Source: Chloroflexota bacterium (GTDB lineage Bacteria; Chloroflexota; Anaerolineae; VGOG01). Taken from it: 64,000 nt of DNA. The position numbers and the translations under genes are program-made. Of this stretch, positions 41,655-49,851 are shown piece after piece. Where the stretch lies: assembly GCA_016875995.1 (NCBI GenBank), contig VGOG01000003.1, forward strand, positions 7,650-71,649, read 5' to 3'. Position 1 is the stretch's first letter; every line of letters starts with the position of its first letter. The notes under the pieces were generated by a model that was not told where the DNA came from, did not search any database, and saw nothing but the letters and a program-made list of their open reading frames with translations.

Positions 41655-43931
41655 ATGGCAAAGAAACCAGGGGATCAAGAAGAGCTCTCTTTCTCTATCA
41701 CCGCTCGAACTGCGCTCTTGTTGGGCCGAGAGAGCATCTCGAGCCCAGTAGTGGCGGTGCTTGAACTCGTCAAGAACGCCTACGACGCTGATGCCAATAA
41801 CGCAACTGTCCGTTTTCGCAAGGCAGGCACATCTGAGGGTACAATCGAGATTTCAGATGATGGCCATGGAATGACTTGGGAGGATATTAAGACCAAATGG
41901 ATGGTCATCGGGACAGACAATAAGCAGAGGGAGCCGATTTCTCCAGGTGGGCGCATCAGAGTCGGTGAAAAGGGTATTGGGCGTTTTGCTTTGGATCGTT
42001 TGGCATCTCAGGTGGTTTTAGAAACGACACCCAAGCTTCCTGACCGTGAGCCAGCAGAACCTACTTATCGCCTGACCATAGATTGGGATAGTTTTGTGAA
42101 CACGAACAAGCCACTGCATGAGATTCCGCAGCCTGCTGAGGTACTGGAGCGTCGAGAAAAGCCAGGAACTCGCTTATTGCTAAGAGGGCTGCGAGATAGC
42201 TGGACACGCAGAGACTATGAGCGATTATACCGCAACTTAGCAGTGTTGGTCCCTCCTTTTGAGTCAAAGCTAAAAGGATTCGGTATCAGATTCGATTGCG
42301 ACGAGGCCAGGGATCTCTCTGGACGTGTTCGCAGTCCGATGGCGAAGGCCGCGCTTTTCAAGATGCGAGCCAGACTAGACGAGGACAACCAGGTAAGAAT
42401 CTCTATCACGACCAGAGACAGCTCACCTGGTGGTAAACTCAGACCCTTCAAACGTTATAAGCGTACGTGGCAGGAGTTGTTTGATATTCCAGAAGATCAG
42501 CCGGTACAGCCACAATGTGGTCCTCTCGAGTTCGAATTCTATTTCTACCTACGTGAAGCACCGGCTCTCGAGGGTACTGGTATTACTCTTGGCCAGTTAA
42601 GAGAGTTTCTTGACATATACGGGGGCGTGCGAATCTATCGGGATAGTTTTCGCGTGAAGCCCTATGGTGACCCAGGTGGGGCTGGAGATTGGCTGGGTCT
42701 AAGTGCACGGAGAGTGCGGCATCCTGCAGGAGTTAGGAGTCGCAAAGCAGGTAAGTGGGCCGTAGGCGAGAACCAAGTAGCTGCCAGTGTCTTCGTTTCT
42801 CGACACACTAATCCCGATCTCAGAGATCAAACGAATCGGGAAGGCTTGTTTGACAATCAAGCCTTTCGCGACATGCGCGGCTTTGTACTGCAGTGCATTG
42901 AGATTTTTGAGACAGATCGCAAACAGTATGAACTCAGCAAACTCCCCGATGAACCTCAAACAGTCGGGGATGCTATGGAGGAGGCAAAAGGAGAGATCCT
43001 CACGGAGGTTGAGAGGCTCGAAGAAGTTCTTGTCTCTCAGCCCGATACTCCTCAGAAGGCTGCCCTTATTGGCGCGCTGGATCAGTTCAAGGAAACCCAG
43101 GTTGAGAGGTTCGAGACACTGGAAGTCGCTTATGAAGCAGAGCGACAAGAGACAGTAAGCAAGCTCCAATTATTGCAGAACCTGGCGACTGTCGGGATCG
43201 CTGTATCTTCAATGGGGCACGAAGTATTGGAGACCAGCCGTCATATCATGAACGCTGTCAAGCGGTTGAAAGAGCGTCTCACTTCGCTGTTGCTCTTCTC
43301 CGATGAAAAAGCCGATCAGTATATGGAACGGCTTCACCGCTATGGTCAGATTATGTATTCGGTGAGCAACTTTGCCCTTGGCCACATAGACCGTGATAAA
43401 CGTCACAGACAGGAGGTCAATGTAGATTCCATAATCCGGAAGTTGTATAAAGAAACGTTGGAAGAGATGTGTTCGACCAATAATGCAGATATCGGCCTCA
43501 AATTAGGAGGAGTGCCCGATATCTACGCTTTCCCCTATGAGGTAGAGTCGATTGTTATTAACTTTGTCACCAACTCACTGGCTGCGTTTCGCCGTGGCCG
43601 TACACCTGTAGCAGACAGACGCATCGAGATTGAGACCCAGTATAATGAGTCAGCTCGCCAGATACAGATAATTGCACGTGATAGTGGACCTGGTATCCCC
43701 AAAGGAGATGCAGAACGTATCTTCAATATCTATTCCACGAAGGTGGATAATGAAGGAAAACCAATAGGAACTGGGCTGGGATTGGTAATCGTTAAAGATA
43801 TCGTCGAGAGCCATAAGGGCACAATTAAAGTTGTAGAGAACGGACGTGTACTGCCTGGAGCCGAGTTTGTTGTGACTTTGCCGGCGCCGCGGAAGCGAGG
43901 TCGAAGAAAGGGAAATGGAGATGGACGATAA
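41655..43931 (+). CDS. dual-GHKL protein: N-terminal MORC/HATPase_c_3-like ATPase, about 300-aa linker, then a DHp plus HATPase_c histidine kinase
   Basis: N-terminal part: LELVKNAYDADA, ISDDGHGMT, GEKGIGRFA. C-terminal part: H-box VSSMGHEVLE (His522, 43218-43220), N-box NFVTNSLAA, G1 DSGPGIP, G2 GTGLGLVIV. No TM segments seen. Confidence 0.85.
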   Translation: MAKKPGDQEELSFSITARTALLLGRESISSPVVAVLELVKNAYDADANNATVRFRKAGTSEGTIEISDDGHGMTWEDIKTKWMVIGTDNKQREPISPGGRIRVGEKGIGRFALDRLASQVVLETTPKLPDREPAEPTYRLTIDWDSFVNTNKPLHEIPQPAEVLERREKPGTRLLLRGLRDSWTRRDYERLYRNLAVLVPPFESKLKGFGIRFDCDEARDLSGRVRSPMAKAALFKMRARLDEDNQVRISITTRDSSPGGKLRPFKRYKRTWQELFDIPEDQPVQPQCGPLEFEFYFYLREAPALEGTGITLGQLREFLDIYGGVRIYRDSFRVKPYGDPGGAGDWLGLSARRVRHPAGVRSRKAGKWAVGENQVAASVFVSRHTNPDLRDQTNREGLFDNQAFRDMRGFVLQCIEIFETDRKQYELSKLPDEPQTVGDAMEEAKGEILTEVERLEEVLVSQPDTPQKAALIGALDQFKETQVERFETLEVAYEAERQETVSKLQLLQNLATVGIAVSSMGHEVLETSRHIMNAVKRLKERLTSLLLFSDEKADQYMERLHRYGQIMYSVSNFALGHIDRDKRHRQEVNVDSIIRKLYKETLEEMCSTNNADIGLKLGGVPDIYAFPYEVESIVINFVTNSLAAFRRGRTPVADRRIEIETQYNESARQIQIIARDSGPGIPKGDAERIFNIYSTKVDNEGKPIGTGLGLVIVKDIVESHKGTIKVVENGRVLPGAEFVVTLPAPRKRGRRKGNGDGR

Positions 43932-44712
43932 GCTCACTATTCTTTTTGTTGAAGACGATCCAGATAGTGCCAGCGATTATAAAGGAGACATTGAGGCACT
44001 GATTGATGTGACGGTGATCGCCATCGCTCCCCCGGCAGATCTTCTGGATCTAACAGCACTGGTCAACGAAGTTAATGCCAGCGCGGTTATCCTTGACGAG
44101 CGGTTGCAACAACTTTCAGATGCCACATATGCGGGGATCGATGCGTTCGATTACTTGCGAAGTGCTTTCCCTGGATTGCCCGTAGATATCTTGACCGCTT
44201 ACCCCCATAGTTCTGAACTAAAACGGCGCGGGCTCCAGATAGATCATCTGATAAGAAAACGGGATCTTGACGATGACGAGGCTTATAAGCAGTCGTACTT
44301 GCAAGAGCTTTACCAAAGAATGAGACGTTATCGGCAAAGAGAGGATGAACGTCACGAGTTCATGGCAGCGTCCGATACAGTCACCAAGGAATTTGTCGAA
44401 AGCCTTGCTCAACTTCATTTCGAAGCCGACGATGGGATAGAGCAGATCATTTGGGTGAGGAGCGGCGATGAGAAGGAGATACGCCTGATTGAGGTCAATC
44501 GGACCGCCCTGCCGACTGAGAGCATTCAAATATTTCGATTTGCGCCTTCTGAGGATGTGCCTTTCCCGACATTCATTGCTGACATCAGACCCACGGAGTG
44601 GGAGCGCATCCAAAGCGGGGATATTCCACTACCTGAAGGCTGGTCTCTCGAAGAAACTCGAGTATTCCGACGCTCTGAGGTACTACCGAAGGGAAGAGAA
44701 GATGTGGGCTAA
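43915..44712 (+). CDS. response-regulator receiver domain protein with an uncharacterised about 120-aa C-terminal domain
   Basis: REC landmarks at CheY-like spacing: ED14D15, D61 (ILDERL; 44095-44097), T94, K115. It overlaps the kinase gene by 17 nt. Confidence 0.8.
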   Translation: MEMDDKLTILFVEDDPDSASDYKGDIEALIDVTVIAIAPPADLLDLTALVNEVNASAVILDERLQQLSDATYAGIDAFDYLRSAFPGLPVDILTAYPHSSELKRRGLQIDHLIRKRDLDDDEAYKQSYLQELYQRMRRYRQREDERHEFMAASDTVTKEFVESLAQLHFEADDGIEQIIWVRSGDEKEIRLIEVNRTALPTESIQIFRFAPSEDVPFPTFIADIRPTEWERIQSGDIPLPEGWSLEETRVFRRSEVLPKGREDVG

Positions 44713-45193
44713 TGCGTATCTTGAGCAAGCGCGTTCAGATTGGGATACTCGTAGGTTAATTGTGGAGAACGCATGTGCGGCTTGTCATGAACTCCACTAC
44801 CTGCAGATGACGACTGAAAAACTTGGCAAGGCAGTGCTGTTAAGAAGTGGGGCCGAGCTGGATGATCTGAGTACAACACACAAGACATTTATTCGCTTTC
44901 TACGAGTTGTTGCTAGAAACTCTGGTCTTCGACGAGAGTTTCAATTCAACGCTCGCCAACTGCAAGCGTATGTGACGGGAATCCTGCCTGTTGCCGATCA
45001 AATCGAACGGCTGGTTCCTGCACTTGCTCATGATGGCCCAAACGCTGAGTATCCCTGGGAGACTCCTTCTGGAGAAGTGCAGGTTCCCGCATCTTATGCT
45101 TTCCCCGTGGCCGAAGAACTGAGAGGACCCCAAGGACGCAAGCTGTTAAGCCTGATCTCTGTTATCCTCGATAGATTTGACGCCTTCTTTTGA
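44702..45193 (+). CDS. small helical protein, HEPN-like (tentative)
   Basis: AYLEQARSDWDTRRLI...LHYLQMTTEKLGKAVLL...THKTFIRFL resembles HEPN helices 1-3. A candidate Rx6H motif RLVPALAH lies at 45008-45031. It overlaps the REC gene by 11 nt. Confidence 0.45.
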   Translation: MWANAYLEQARSDWDTRRLIVENACAACHELHYLQMTTEKLGKAVLLRSGAELDDLSTTHKTFIRFLRVVARNSGLRREFQFNARQLQAYVTGILPVADQIERLVPALAHDGPNAEYPWETPSGEVQVPASYAFPVAEELRGPQGRKLLSLISVILDRFDAFF

Positions 45194-45458
45194 TATGATA
45201 GCCCGATTTGAACCGCTGAACTTGGACGTTATCTGTGACCTCAGCCCCAACCCAATGTAACCTTCCGCTTCGCTCAGGGCAAACCCTGTCGAACCATGAC
45301 TAAATGGCGCACCTGCGCCATCAAGTATAGGTGCAAAAACTCCTCAGTTGATAGCCTGTCCTCGACTGTTCCTCCTAATCGACCATTCACCACCTAATCC
45401 TCGACTCCTGCAGCCTGTTCTGCTATTGCAGGGCGCACAGCGGCACCACAGTGTTGTT

Positions 45459-45487
45459 TGCACGCAAAGTCAGACCGTAGTATACTT
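45459..45487 (+). promoter_or_regulatory. sigma70-like promoter (copy 1 of a duplicated 37-nt cassette)
   Basis: TTGCAC-17 nt-TATACT within tgtttgcacgcaaagtcagaccgtagtatacttggtg. Confidence 0.5.
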
Positions 45488-45727
45488 GGTGCGGGGGAAA
45501 AGTCGGCTACCGCTTTTCGAGCAGAAGACCGCAGGAGGTAGCGCAGACGGATGAATCTCTTTCGGCCCTTTGGGTGAATAGCCAGCGTTTGCGTGCTAGC
45601 TCTGAGACGCTGGCGACACGGGAATTTCGGAACTAGCAATGCTGAACTGATTTCTTCAGTGGGCAGGCGCATCCAATTCCAGATGCACCAGCCTGAAATA
45701 GAGCAAATCTTCTCAAGGAGGTGCTAT

Positions 45728-47116
45728 ATGACGAAACTAGACGTAGTGATCCGTCACGGGGAGATCGTGACCGCTGCTGGCTCAACTGGCCGCGCCGATG
45801 TTGGAATCTCTAACGGTACCATCGTCCAAATTGGCGGCGTAGTTGAGGGACACCTGGAGCTTGACGCAACAGGAAAGCTGGTCCTGCCCGGTGGCATAGA
45901 TGCCCACGTACATCTATCGGTTCCCCCCGAAGAAGAGAATGTAGACCCCAGATGGGTGGACGATTTCACCAGCGGGTCCGCTGCTGCGCTTGCGGGTGGC
46001 ATCACGACTCTTGGGAATATGACCTTTCCGTCACCAGAGGAAACACCCCTGGCCGAGCTGGAGCGTGAGACGGCCGTGGCCCGCGAGCAAATTATCGCCG
46101 ACCTCTTTCTGCATCCAGTGCTCGATAAAGTGACTCCGCAGGTTCTGGACGAGATCCCCAGGTTGCTGGACACAGGCTGCAACAGCATCAAGGTTTTCAT
46201 GGTCACCTCGAACTTCGAATCTCAGGTGCGCAGCTATGTAGAAGCCATCCGGCGTGCCGGTGAGAACGGGCTGATAACGCTCATCCACTGCGAGGACTAT
46301 GCTTTGATTGAAGACGCGACGGCGCGTTTGGTGGCAGCAGGCAAGTCCTCGCTCCGCTACTATGCGGAGAGCCGCCCGGTGATCTCGGAGGTCGTTGCGA
46401 CGCAACGGGCAGTAGCCTTTGCGGAGGCGACAGGGGCGCCTGTTTACATCGTTCACTTGTCATCAGCACGCGCTCTGGAGGTATGTGCCGAGGCCCAGTC
46501 TCGCAATGTGCCGGTCTATGTCGAAACACGGCCGCTCTACTTGCACCTCACGCGCGAGCGTTTCGAGGACGAAGATGGGGCGAAGTACGTGGGACAGCCC
46601 CCCTTACGCGAGCAGCAGGATATTGACGCTTTATGGGCTGGCATTCGTCAGGGCACTGTCCATACCGTCTGTACCGACCACGCCCCCTGGTTGCTGGCTG
46701 CCAAGCTGGATCCGGCCCACACCATCACCAACCTGCGACCGGGGGTCGCGAACCTGCAGACCATGCTGCCGATGCTCTTCTCGGAAGGGGTGCGTTCCGG
46801 TCGTATCACGCTGGGCCGATTTGTCGAAGTGACTTCAACCAACGCCGCCAAGCTGTTTGGCCTCTATCCGCGTAAGGGCACCATCGCCGTTGGTAGCGAC
46901 GCAGACCTGGTGATTTTTGATCCAGACCTCACGCTCGCCATCGAGGGTTCCAGGCTGAAATCCAACTCAGACTACTCGGCATTCGAAGGATGGCAGGTGA
47001 CTGGCTGGCCTGTGGTTACCTTGCGCCGGGGCGAAATCGTCTTCCGCGATGGGGAGATCATTGGCCGTCCGGGTAGCGGCACCATTGTGCCGCGTGGCGC
47101 AACCACCCCCCTGTAG
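45728..47116 (+). CDS. dihydropyrimidinase / D-hydantoinase family amidohydrolase
   Basis: MTKLDVVIRHGEIV...PGGIDAHVHL...NSIKVFM...LIHCED...TDHAP. RBS AAGGAGG. Confidence 0.9.
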   Translation: MTKLDVVIRHGEIVTAAGSTGRADVGISNGTIVQIGGVVEGHLELDATGKLVLPGGIDAHVHLSVPPEEENVDPRWVDDFTSGSAAALAGGITTLGNMTFPSPEETPLAELERETAVAREQIIADLFLHPVLDKVTPQVLDEIPRLLDTGCNSIKVFMVTSNFESQVRSYVEAIRRAGENGLITLIHCEDYALIEDATARLVAAGKSSLRYYAESRPVISEVVATQRAVAFAEATGAPVYIVHLSSARALEVCAEAQSRNVPVYVETRPLYLHLTRERFEDEDGAKYVGQPPLREQQDIDALWAGIRQGTVHTVCTDHAPWLLAAKLDPAHTITNLRPGVANLQTMLPMLFSEGVRSGRITLGRFVEVTSTNAAKLFGLYPRKGTIAVGSDADLVIFDPDLTLAIEGSRLKSNSDYSAFEGWQVTGWPVVTLRRGEIVFRDGEIIGRPGSGTIVPRGATTPL

Positions 47117-47160
47117 CACCAGACAATCTACTGGACCTAGAGCAGAAACAACGGGAACGG

Positions 47161-47196
47161 GGCCAGCACCTCAGTTCTGCTGGCCCTCTTTTGTTT
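47161..47196 (+). terminator. rho-independent terminator
   Basis: ggccagca...tgctggcc stem followed by ctcttttgttt. Confidence 0.65.
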
Positions 47197-47223
47197 GCAC
47201 GCAACGTCGGACTGTAGTATACT
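47195..47223 (+). promoter_or_regulatory. sigma70-like promoter (copy 2 of the duplicated cassette)
   Basis: TTGCAC-17 nt-TATACT within tgtttgcacgcaacgtcggactgtagtatacttggtg. Confidence 0.5.
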
Positions 47224-47243
47224 TGGTGTGATTAGGTGCGAAT

Positions 47244-48089
47244 ATGGGAAACTCGAATTGGAACAACGAAGAAGTGAATGTTGAAGTGAGCTACCTGAGC
47301 ATGGCGGCTAGTATCCACCGTGTGACAGGGCCCGCCATCCGTTCCGCGATCCGCGCTCTCCAACTCCCGTCGGGGAGTCGGGGACTCGATGCGGGGTGTG
47401 GAATCGGCACCCACACGCTGTGGCTGGCGGAAGCCGTATCGCCCGATGGACACGTCACCGGTGTAGATATTTCGCCCGAATGTCTGGCCCGCGCAGAGGA
47501 GATCGTGGGGTCGAGCGAACTGGCGGAAGCGGTTTCCTTCCAGTATGGAGACATGAATGATCTCCCCTTTGAGGACGATGCGTTTGATTGGGTGTGGAAT
47601 GTGGATACTTTGTGGCCTGTCGGTGGCAAGGATCCTCGGCCATTGGTGAATGAGCTTGTACGAGTGGTGAAGCCTGGAGGGACTCTCGCCATCCTTTTCT
47701 GGTCTTCCCAGAGATTGCTTCCGGGGTATCCCTTGCTGGAGGCCCGGCTGAACGCCACATTAGCGGCGAGCTTCCCCTACACCGACGATACGAAGCCGGA
47801 GTTGCATATTCTGCGTGCACTGGGATGGCTTCAGGAGGCGGGCCTGGGGGAGCCCCGGGTTCGCACTTTCGTGGCCGATGTTCAAGCCCCGCTAGATGGC
47901 GCAGCGCGGAACGCTTTGACGGCAAGCTTTCAGATGTTGTGGGGGAAAGCAGAATCAGAGGTAACACCAGATGATTGGGCGGAGTTTCGACGGCTCTGTC
48001 AGCCGGAGTCGCCGGATTTCATTCTGAATCTTCCCGACTACTATGCCTTCATCACGTATTCGCTTTTCTATGGCAAAGTACCCAAGTAG
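47244..48089 (+). CDS. class I SAM-dependent methyltransferase
   Basis: GLDAGCGIGTHTLWLAE...VKPGGTLAILFW. Confidence 0.85.
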   Translation: MGNSNWNNEEVNVEVSYLSMAASIHRVTGPAIRSAIRALQLPSGSRGLDAGCGIGTHTLWLAEAVSPDGHVTGVDISPECLARAEEIVGSSELAEAVSFQYGDMNDLPFEDDAFDWVWNVDTLWPVGGKDPRPLVNELVRVVKPGGTLAILFWSSQRLLPGYPLLEARLNATLAASFPYTDDTKPELHILRALGWLQEAGLGEPRVRTFVADVQAPLDGAARNALTASFQMLWGKAESEVTPDDWAEFRRLCQPESPDFILNLPDYYAFITYSLFYGKVPK

Positions 48090-48138
48090 GCCGTTCGGAT
48101 TGATAGCGACATGGGCTGGGTGCCCAGGGGGAGGAAAG

Positions 48139-48933
48139 ATGATAGAAGATGCATCGAGAGATAGTGGAGGGATCAGGAAAGGGTGGGACGAGCGTGCTAA
48201 CAGATATGATGCATGGTACGGGACTTTTCAGGGCGCTGTTGAACACCAGGTGGATTGGGAGCTGCTGAGAGCATATCTCCCCCAGAACAGGGATGTAAAC
48301 ATCCTGGATGCTGCTGGCGGAACCGGGAGGATCACACTCCCCTTGACGAAGATGGGATACTCGGTGACTCTATGTGATATCTCTCCCGCAATGCTCAACG
48401 TGGCAAGGCAGAAATTGCTGAGAGAGGGGGTGTTAGACAAAGTAGAGATACTGGAGTGTGATGTTCGCAAACTTCGCTTTGCCGACGAGAGTTTCGATTT
48501 TGTCCTTTGCTGGAATGGTGGGATCGAAGCCGCCAAAGAGCTCATACGGGTGACGAGGAAGGGAGGAAGGATTTCGATATTCCTGGTGAACAAGTGGGCC
48601 GCAGCCATCGGGGGTTTCTCCAGAGATTCCACCTCCGCCCTCGCATTGATCAAGTCCACGCCAGGTTATGTGGAAGATGAAGGAGAGAGATACAGGGCCG
48701 TCAGCGCAGAAGAAGCTAGAGAGTTGTTTAAGGCTGGGGGGATCAGAGTCATGGACATCTATGCTGTTTGCGGCTGGATGGACGTGCTCCGTATACCGCA
48801 AGAAGTTCAGAGGTCTCGTGATTGGGATGAGCAATTCTTCAGCCAGGCAGTTGAGATGGTGTTAAGACTGGCTAAAGAGCCTTCTGTCAGAGGAATGTCA
48901 AGGCATTTGGTTCTATATGGAGAGAAGATGTAG
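48139..48933 (+). CDS. class I SAM-dependent methyltransferase
   Basis: ILDAAGGTGRITLPL...TRKGGRISIF. RBS GGAGG. The track start 48043 is an upstream extension. Confidence 0.85.
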   Translation: MIEDASRDSGGIRKGWDERANRYDAWYGTFQGAVEHQVDWELLRAYLPQNRDVNILDAAGGTGRITLPLTKMGYSVTLCDISPAMLNVARQKLLREGVLDKVEILECDVRKLRFADESFDFVLCWNGGIEAAKELIRVTRKGGRISIFLVNKWAAAIGGFSRDSTSALALIKSTPGYVEDEGERYRAVSAEEARELFKAGGIRVMDIYAVCGWMDVLRIPQEVQRSRDWDEQFFSQAVEMVLRLAKEPSVRGMSRHLVLYGEKM

Positions 48934-49032
48934 CATGGGAAAGCAAAGGTTTGCCTGATGTGGCAGGTGGTGCTATAATTCTGTTGCTGTACAGGAACGC
49001 ACGATTGCTGGGATTTGCGTGAGGGGAGGCGA

Positions 49033-49828
49033 GATGTCTGATAGTGTGCTGAAGGTGGCGACGTTCAACACGAACTCCATCCGCTCCCGGTTGGAACAGG
49101 TGGTGGACTGGCTGGATCGGGAGGCTCCAGAAATCCTATGCCTGCAGGAGACGAAGGTGCAGGACGAGGATTTCCCGGCGGAGCCGATCCGAGACGCGGG
49201 CTACCACGTGGTCTTCCGCGGACAGAAAGCCTATGCGGGCGTGGCCATCGTCAGCCGGGAGCAGCCCCAGGAGGTCGCCTTCGGCTTCGACGATGGCGGC
49301 GAGCCCGACGAGGCACGCCTGATCCAGGCGGTGATCTGGGGCATCCCGGTGGTCAACACTTACGTCCCCCAGGGACGCTCCCCGGATTCGGAGCACTTCC
49401 AGTATAAGCTGAAGTGGCTGGCCCGACTGCGGGCTCTTTTTGAGCGAAACTACGCGCCCGATGAGCCACTCCTGTGGATGGGCGACTTCAACGTGGCCCC
49501 CGAGCCGATTGACGTGCACGATCCCAAGCGGCTGAAGGACCACGTGGACTTCCATCCTGAGGCTCGCGTTGCTCTGGAGCGCGTGCGGGAGTGGGGCTTC
49601 GTGGATGTCTTTCGGCTACACCATCCTGGGGAGCCGGGGCAGTACACTTTCTGGGATTACCGGGTGCGGAACGCACTGGAGCGAGGGATCGGCTGGCGGG
49701 TGGATCACATCTGGGCCACTGAGACGCTGGCCCGCAGGTCCACCGGGGCGTGGATTGACGTGGAAGCGCGAAGGGCGGAGCGGCCCTCGGATCACACCTT
49801 CCTGGTGGCCGAGTTCACGCCAGCGTGA
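49033..49828 (+). CDS. xth: exodeoxyribonuclease III
   Basis: [15 protein letters not shown]...ILCLQETK...WMGDFNVAP...WDYR...DHIW...SDHTF. Confidence 0.92.
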
Positions 49829-49851
49829 GATTGTCTTTTCATCATGTTCAC

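Noticed and set aside
44489-44701. Upstream extension of the HEPN-like ORF (track start 44489)
   Set aside because: It lies wholly inside the receiver-protein gene in another frame. ATG 44702 gives the usual short overlap seen in coupled operons.
39642-45193. A restriction endonuclease partner for the methyltransferase (PD-(D/E)xK, HNH, PLD or GIY-YIG motifs)
   Set aside because: I could not recognise any nuclease signature by eye in the four island proteins. Profile searches would be needed to exclude a divergent nuclease in the kinase linker or the REC C-terminal domain.
39224-45450. tRNA, tmRNA, integrase or direct-repeat att sites marking the island borders
   Set aside because: I found no tRNA-like T-arm or acceptor sequences, no recombinase gene, and only a weak similarity (cctgtttgtcctggcag versus cctgttctgctattgcag) between the two edges. 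The insertion mechanism is unresolved.
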